NCBI GenBank assembly: GCA_037189525.1
Contig: JBBCJC010000002.1
Span: forward strand, 832,001 to 896,000
DNA length: 64,000 bases
Direction: 5' to 3'
DNA from: Gemmatimonadales bacterium
GTDB taxonomy: Bacteria; Gemmatimonadota; Gemmatimonadetes; Gemmatimonadales; GWC2-71-9
The notes under the pieces were generated by a model that saw only the letters and a list, made by a program, of their open reading frames with translations, searched no databases and was not told the origin of the DNA. Both the position numbers and the translations under genes were made by a program. Below, in pieces: positions 58,493 to 64,000 of the stretch; within the stretch, counting starts at the first letter, position 1; each line of letters begins with the position of its first letter.

Positions 58493-60148
58493 ATGCCGAT
58501 TCGTTCTGCTCGACTCGCCCTGCCGGTCGTCTTCGCGCTCCTCTCGGCCTGCCGGTCGTCGGCACCGGCCGATCTCGTCGTCTTCGGTACCGTCTGGACC
58601 GCCGATTCCCTGGCGCCGCGGGCCCAAGCCATTGCCGTCCGGGGTGACAGCATCGTCGCCGTGGGCGACAGTGCCACGATTGCCGGGTTGATCGGTCCCG
58701 AGACCGAACGGATCGACAATCCGGGCGGTCTGGTGATGCCCGGCTTCATCGATGACCACGTGCACCTTGCCCTGGGCGGCCATCAGCTGTCCAACGTCGA
58801 CTTGCGGGACGCCGACACGCCCGAGGAATTCATTCGTCGGATCGCCGAGTTTGTCCGGACCCGGCCGGCGGGAAGCTGGATCCTGCGTGGCACCTGGGAC
58901 CACGAGTTGTGGCCCGGGGCTCCGCTGCCCGACCGCAGCTGGATCGACTCGGTGACCCCCGATCATCCGGTCTTCGTCACCCGCCTGGATGGTCATATGA
59001 GTCTGGCCAACTCGGCGGCGCTCCGCGCGGCGGGCATCGATCGTTCGATCCGCGATATCCCCGGTGGCGAGATCGTACGCCGGCGCGACGGCGAACTGAC
59101 CGGCATGTTCAAGGACGCGGCCATGACGGCCGTTCGCGCCGCGATTCCCGCCACGACGCCGGTGGAACTCGATTCGGTCGTGGCGCGCGCCCTCCGGCAC
59201 GCCGCATCGGTCGGCGTGACGAGCATGGCGAGTGTGAGCAGTTCGTGGGCGGACGTGGCGGCGCTGCGGCGCGCGCGGGCCAACGGTACCCTGACGGTGC
59301 GGGTAGCGAGCTACCTGCCACTCGAGGAGTGGCATACCGTCGCCGATTCGATGGCAAAGTCCGGTCCCGGCGACGACTGGCTTCGGGTGGCGGGTGTGAA
59401 AGGCTTCGTCGACGGATCGCTCGGCTCGACCACGGCCTATTTCGACGCTCCGTTCAGCGACGCGCCGTCGACCAGCGGCTTTCTCGTGCATCCGGTCGAC
59501 TCGCTACGCCGCTGGATCACGGCCGCCGATTCGTCCGGCCTGCAGGTCGTGGTGCACGCCATCGGCGACCGGGCCAATGGAGTATTGCTCGACCTGTTCG
59601 ACGAGGCGGCCCGGACCAACGGCGCGCGCGATCGCCGGTTCCGGATCGAGCATGCGCAGCACATTCGCCCGGCCGACCTCCCGAGATTCGCGGCGCTGGG
59701 GGTGATTCCGTCGATGCAGCCCTACCATGCGGCAGACGACGGTCGCTGGGCAGAGAAGCGGATCGGCCCCGAGCGGATCAAGACCACGTACGCGTTCCGC
59801 TCGCTGCTCGATGCCAAGGCCCGCCTCGTGTTCGGATCGGATTGGACCGTTGCCCCGCTCGAACCGATGCTCGGTGTCAAAGCCGCGGTGACGCGTGAGA
59901 CCATCGACGGGCGCGGCGTCTTCGTCCCCGAGGAGCGGATCACGGTCGAGGAGGCTCTCCGCGCCTACACCGTCGACAACGCCTACGCCATGTACCTGGA
60001 TCAGGCCGTCGGCCGGCTCGCGGTTGGTATGCAGGCGGATCTGGTCGTGCTGGACCGCGATCCGTTCAACGTTCCGCCCGATCAGCTCGGCCAGGTCCGT
60101 CCCCGGGTCACGGTGGTGGCGGGCCGCGTGGTCTATCGCGCTCCATGA
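58493..60148 (+). CDS. Amidohydrolase 3 family (YtcJ-like) lipoprotein
   Basis: Lipobox LSA-C; PGFIDDHVH, KGFVDGSLGS, HAIGD, RIEHAQ, GSDW; GGGAG SD before ATG 58493. Confidence 0.92.
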   Translation: MPIRSARLALPVVFALLSACRSSAPADLVVFGTVWTADSLAPRAQAIAVRGDSIVAVGDSATIAGLIGPETERIDNPGGLVMPGFIDDHVHLALGGHQLSNVDLRDADTPEEFIRRIAEFVRTRPAGSWILRGTWDHELWPGAPLPDRSWIDSVTPDHPVFVTRLDGHMSLANSAALRAAGIDRSIRDIPGGEIVRRRDGELTGMFKDAAMTAVRAAIPATTPVELDSVVARALRHAASVGVTSMASVSSSWADVAALRRARANGTLTVRVASYLPLEEWHTVADSMAKSGPGDDWLRVAGVKGFVDGSLGSTTAYFDAPFSDAPSTSGFLVHPVDSLRRWITAADSSGLQVVVHAIGDRANGVLLDLFDEAARTNGARDRRFRIEHAQHIRPADLPRFAALGVIPSMQPYHAADDGRWAEKRIGPERIKTTYAFRSLLDAKARLVFGSDWTVAPLEPMLGVKAAVTRETIDGRGVFVPEERITVEEALRAYTVDNAYAMYLDQAVGRLAVGMQADLVVLDRDPFNVPPDQLGQVRPRVTVVAGRVVYRAP

Positions 60149-60741
60149 GCGATCCGACACAGCGCCCGAGTCGGCCGATTCTTGCGGTCGGTGCGATTGG
60201 GGGTGCGTTGGTGGGGTTGTTGGCCGGTCTGCTGGTCGGAGCCGCGATGGATGCCGAGCGCGGCCGGTCCGTCGCCGGTTATACGCTCGGCGTCATGCCG
60301 CTTGCCGCGCTGATCGGCGCCTCCGCTCTGGCCTGGCTGATGCGAGACCATACGATTGCGCGATCACGGCAGTGGCTCGGAGGGCTGCTCGCGGTCGGGG
60401 CGGCGGTTGTCGTGTCGCTGGCCCTTGGTGCGCTCCGTTTCCGGGTGACCGGGGCCACCGGCTTCATTGCCTTCGGCGCCTTGTGGTACACGGCCGAGTT
60501 CCTGATGGTGATCGGTCTCCTGCCGGCCGTGGCGGCGCTCGGCGCCGGCGCCGCCAGCCGGTGGGTGACCGCGTCCGGTCCCGTGCGATTCCTCATTCCG
60601 CTGATGCTCGGTGCTTTGGTCGCCCTGATTGCCGGTCCCGTCGTGATCGGCGTGGTGGCACTGGGTGCCTTGGTCACCCCCGTCATGGTGACTGTCATCA
60701 CGATTCTGCTGATTGCCGTCTTTCGGGTGCGGCTTCCCTAG
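60145..60741 (+). CDS. Hypothetical integral membrane protein
   Basis: About 6 hydrophobic segments; ATGA overlap with upstream gene. Confidence 0.65.
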   Translation: MSDPTQRPSRPILAVGAIGGALVGLLAGLLVGAAMDAERGRSVAGYTLGVMPLAALIGASALAWLMRDHTIARSRQWLGGLLAVGAAVVVSLALGALRFRVTGATGFIAFGALWYTAEFLMVIGLLPAVAALGAGAASRWVTASGPVRFLIPLMLGALVALIAGPVVIGVVALGALVTPVMVTVITILLIAVFRVRLP

Positions 60742-60975
60742 GGTCGACGGGCTTCTGGGGCCCGGCACGGCGCCGTCACCGTTAGGCAGATCCGGTCTGC
60801 CGGCATGTCGTATTTCCGGTGCATGATGGCCGTATTTGGGCCTTTCGCTCGGAGCGAACGCACCCCGTCGGCGGTGCTCGCGCCCGGGGCTGCCGCGGGG
60901 TAAATTGGGAGGCTCAATCGATCGGAGCTGCGGCGCCGACGTAAACTGTTGCTGACCCTCGACATACGGCTCATC

Positions 60976-63102
60976 ATGGCGACTCGAACCTCTTCTCGCG
61001 CCAAGGCATCGGCGCGCCTCGATAAAGCCGAACTCCTCTCGATTTACCGCACGATGCTCCTCTCTCGGCGCATCGACGACAAGGAGATTCAGCTCAAGCG
61101 CCAGAACAAGATCTTCTTCCAGATCTCGGGCGCCGGTCACGAAGCCATCCTCACGGCCGCCGCCAAGGTCCTGCGTCCGGCGTACGACTGGTTCTACCTC
61201 TACTATCGCGATCGCGCCCTCTGTTTGGGACTGGGCATGACCGCGACCGAAATGCTGCTGTCGGCCGTCGGCGCCGCCGATGATCCGAACTCGGGCGGCC
61301 GGCAGATGCCGTCGCACTGGGGTCACAAGGATCTCAATATCGTGAGCGCCTCGAGCCCGACAGGTACGCAGTTCCTGCAGGGCGTCGGCGCGGCGGAAGC
61401 GTGGCTGCGGTACAGCCAGAACGACGCGATTACCGATCGCGACGAGTACACCAAGGGCGATGAAGTCGTCCTGATTACCACCGGCGACGGCACCACCAGC
61501 GAGGGCGAATTCTGGGAGTCGCTCAACACCGCCTGCAATCTCAAGCTGCCGGTGGTCTACCTGGTCGAGGACAACAAGTACGCCATTTCGGTTCCGGTCG
61601 AGGTCAACACCGCCGGCGGGTCGATTTCCAAGCTGGTCGCTGGATTTCCGGGCCTGTTCATTCAGGAAGTCGACGGCTGTGATCCGCTCGCATCCTATGA
61701 CGTGATGCAGAAGGCGGTGGAGTACGCCCGGCAGCGCAAGGGCCCGGCGCTGGTGCATGCGCATGTGATCCGGCCTTACAGCCACTCCCTCTCGGATGAC
61801 GAGATCCTCTACAAGCCGGTCGAAGAGCGGCAGCAGGAGGCGGGTCGCGATCCGATCACGGCCTTCCCGGCCTATCTGATCGAGCAGGGCGTCGCCACCG
61901 AGGCGGAAATCGAGGCCATCAAGCGCGAAGTCGACGAAGAGGTCGACGTGGCAACCGAGGTTGCGCTGGCCTCGCCGCAACCGGCGACCGATACGATCTA
62001 TCAGTACGTCTATTCTCCCGATGTCGATCCGACCTCGGAGCAGTTCGATACCGAGGATGATCCCCAGTTCTCGGGCGATCCGACCACCATGGTCGACCTG
62101 CTCAATGTCTGCATGAAAGATGAGATGGCCCGCGATCCGCGGATCCTCGTCTTCGGCGAAGATGTGGCCGACGTGAGCCGCGACCAGTATCTCGGGCAGG
62201 TCAAAGGGAAGGGTGGCGTCTTCAAGGTCACCTGGGGCCTGCAGAACAAGTTCGGCAGCCACCGGGTTTACAACTCGCCGCTGGCCGAGGCCAATATCGT
62301 TGGCCGGGCCATCGGTCTGGCAACGCGCGGGTTCAAGCCGGTCGTCGAAATCCAGTTCTTCGATTACATCTGGCCCGCCTACATGCAGCTGCGCGACGAA
62401 CTCGCCATCCTGCGCTGGCGCTCCAACAACGATTGGCCCGCGCCGGTGGTGGTGCGGGTGACCTACGGCGGCTACCTCAAGGGCGGGGCGCCGTACCACT
62501 CGCAGACGGGAGCGTCGATCTTCACGGCGGTGCCGGGGCTCCGGGTCATCTGCCCGGCAACTGCGCTCGATGCCAATGGCTTGCTGCGTACTGCGATTCG
62601 CTCGGAAGATCCGGTCCTCTTCCTCGAGCATAAGCATCTCTATCGCCAGACCTACAACAAGGCGCCGAACCCGGGCCCGAACTTCATGATTCCGTTCGGC
62701 AAGGCCAAGGTGGTGCGCGAGGGTACCGACCTGACCGTCGTGACCTACGGGGCCACGGTGCAGCGCTCGCTGGTGGCTGCCAAGGCGATGGAGGAAGAAC
62801 ACGGTGCCAGCGTCGAGGTGATCGACCTGCGCAGCCTGTCACCGGTCGACTGGGAAACGATCTACGCGTCGGTCAAGAAGACGAGCCGCGTCATGGTCGT
62901 CTACGAAGACTCGCTCTCGTGGGGGTATGGCGCCGAGATCGCGGCGCGGATCGCGGACGAGACGTTCAGCTATCTCGATGCGCCGGTCCGCCGAGTTGCG
63001 TCGACGGATACGTTCGTCGCCTACGCGCCGGAACTCGAGGACGTGATCCTGCCGCAGGTGCCCGGCATCAAGAAGGCCATGGAGGAGATCCTGTCCTTCT
63101 AG
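60976..63102 (+). CDS. 2-oxoacid dehydrogenase E1 alpha/beta fusion (branched-chain type)
   Basis: [28 protein letters not shown] motif, HSLSDD; beta part [20 protein letters not shown]. Confidence 0.93.
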   Translation: MATRTSSRAKASARLDKAELLSIYRTMLLSRRIDDKEIQLKRQNKIFFQISGAGHEAILTAAAKVLRPAYDWFYLYYRDRALCLGLGMTATEMLLSAVGAADDPNSGGRQMPSHWGHKDLNIVSASSPTGTQFLQGVGAAEAWLRYSQNDAITDRDEYTKGDEVVLITTGDGTTSEGEFWESLNTACNLKLPVVYLVEDNKYAISVPVEVNTAGGSISKLVAGFPGLFIQEVDGCDPLASYDVMQKAVEYARQRKGPALVHAHVIRPYSHSLSDDEILYKPVEERQQEAGRDPITAFPAYLIEQGVATEAEIEAIKREVDEEVDVATEVALASPQPATDTIYQYVYSPDVDPTSEQFDTEDDPQFSGDPTTMVDLLNVCMKDEMARDPRILVFGEDVADVSRDQYLGQVKGKGGVFKVTWGLQNKFGSHRVYNSPLAEANIVGRAIGLATRGFKPVVEIQFFDYIWPAYMQLRDELAILRWRSNNDWPAPVVVRVTYGGYLKGGAPYHSQTGASIFTAVPGLRVICPATALDANGLLRTAIRSEDPVLFLEHKHLYRQTYNKAPNPGPNFMIPFGKAKVVREGTDLTVVTYGATVQRSLVAAKAMEEEHGASVEVIDLRSLSPVDWETIYASVKKTSRVMVVYEDSLSWGYGAEIAARIADETFSYLDAPVRRVASTDTFVAYAPELEDVILPQVPGIKKAMEEILSF

Positions 63103-63130
63103 CAGGTCCAGGTCGAAGTACCGGAATAAC

Positions 63131-63176
63131 CGATCCCCCGGGTGGCCCGCGTGGCCTCCGGGGGATCGTCGTTTTC
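63131..63176 (+). terminator. Rho-independent terminator-like hairpin after the E1 gene
   Basis: CGATCCCCCGG...CCGGGGGATCG followed by TCGTTTT. Confidence 0.65.
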
Positions 63177-63278
63177 GTGCATCTCCGTTTCGTGTTTCTC
63201 TAGGCAACCCCGTGCTTCGCTTGGCGCGCTGCTCGGCTCTCGCGGTACGCGTGGGGCGCCCGTCGGCGTCCTTGCCGA

Positions 63279-64000
<722 letters not shown>

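Overview
High-GC bacterial DNA. The gene repertoire (KGD-type sucA fusion, fused E1 alpha/beta, FadI/FadJ, Big_2 lipoprotein, sigma-54 regulated MacAB-like operon) suggests Gemmatimonadota, but this is inference only. Bases 1-27.3 kb are the 3' part of a translationally coupled type I polyketide synthase operon. It has four single-module cis-AT PKS proteins (KS-AT-DH-cMT-ER-KR-ACP, 5'-truncated; KS-AT-DH-cMT-KR-ACP; and two KS-AT-DH-ER-KR-ACP) with an EamA/DMT transporter embedded, and it ends at a perfect 16-bp hairpin. The cluster has no release domain in the window and shows several atypical active-site fingerprints (AT 'LAAH', KR Tyr->His, a KR that is neither A- nor B-type), making it the most likely undescribed system here. 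The rest is mostly core or catabolic: amidohydrolases, E2-E1 fused 2-oxoglutarate dehydrogenase, a split PAS plus soluble chemoreceptor, PaiB/esterase/glpD, fadIJ, two two-component systems, an M28 peptidase, a compositionally distinct Ig-repeat lipoprotein plus XRE islet, an efflux operon whose permease has collapsed to a remnant, rsgA, a MazG-like protein, PfpI, a fused 2-oxoacid dehydrogenase E1 and a truncated tyrosine phenol-lyase. I recognised no rRNA, tRNA, CRISPR array, integrase or transposase. All calls come from motif reading; no database searches were run.
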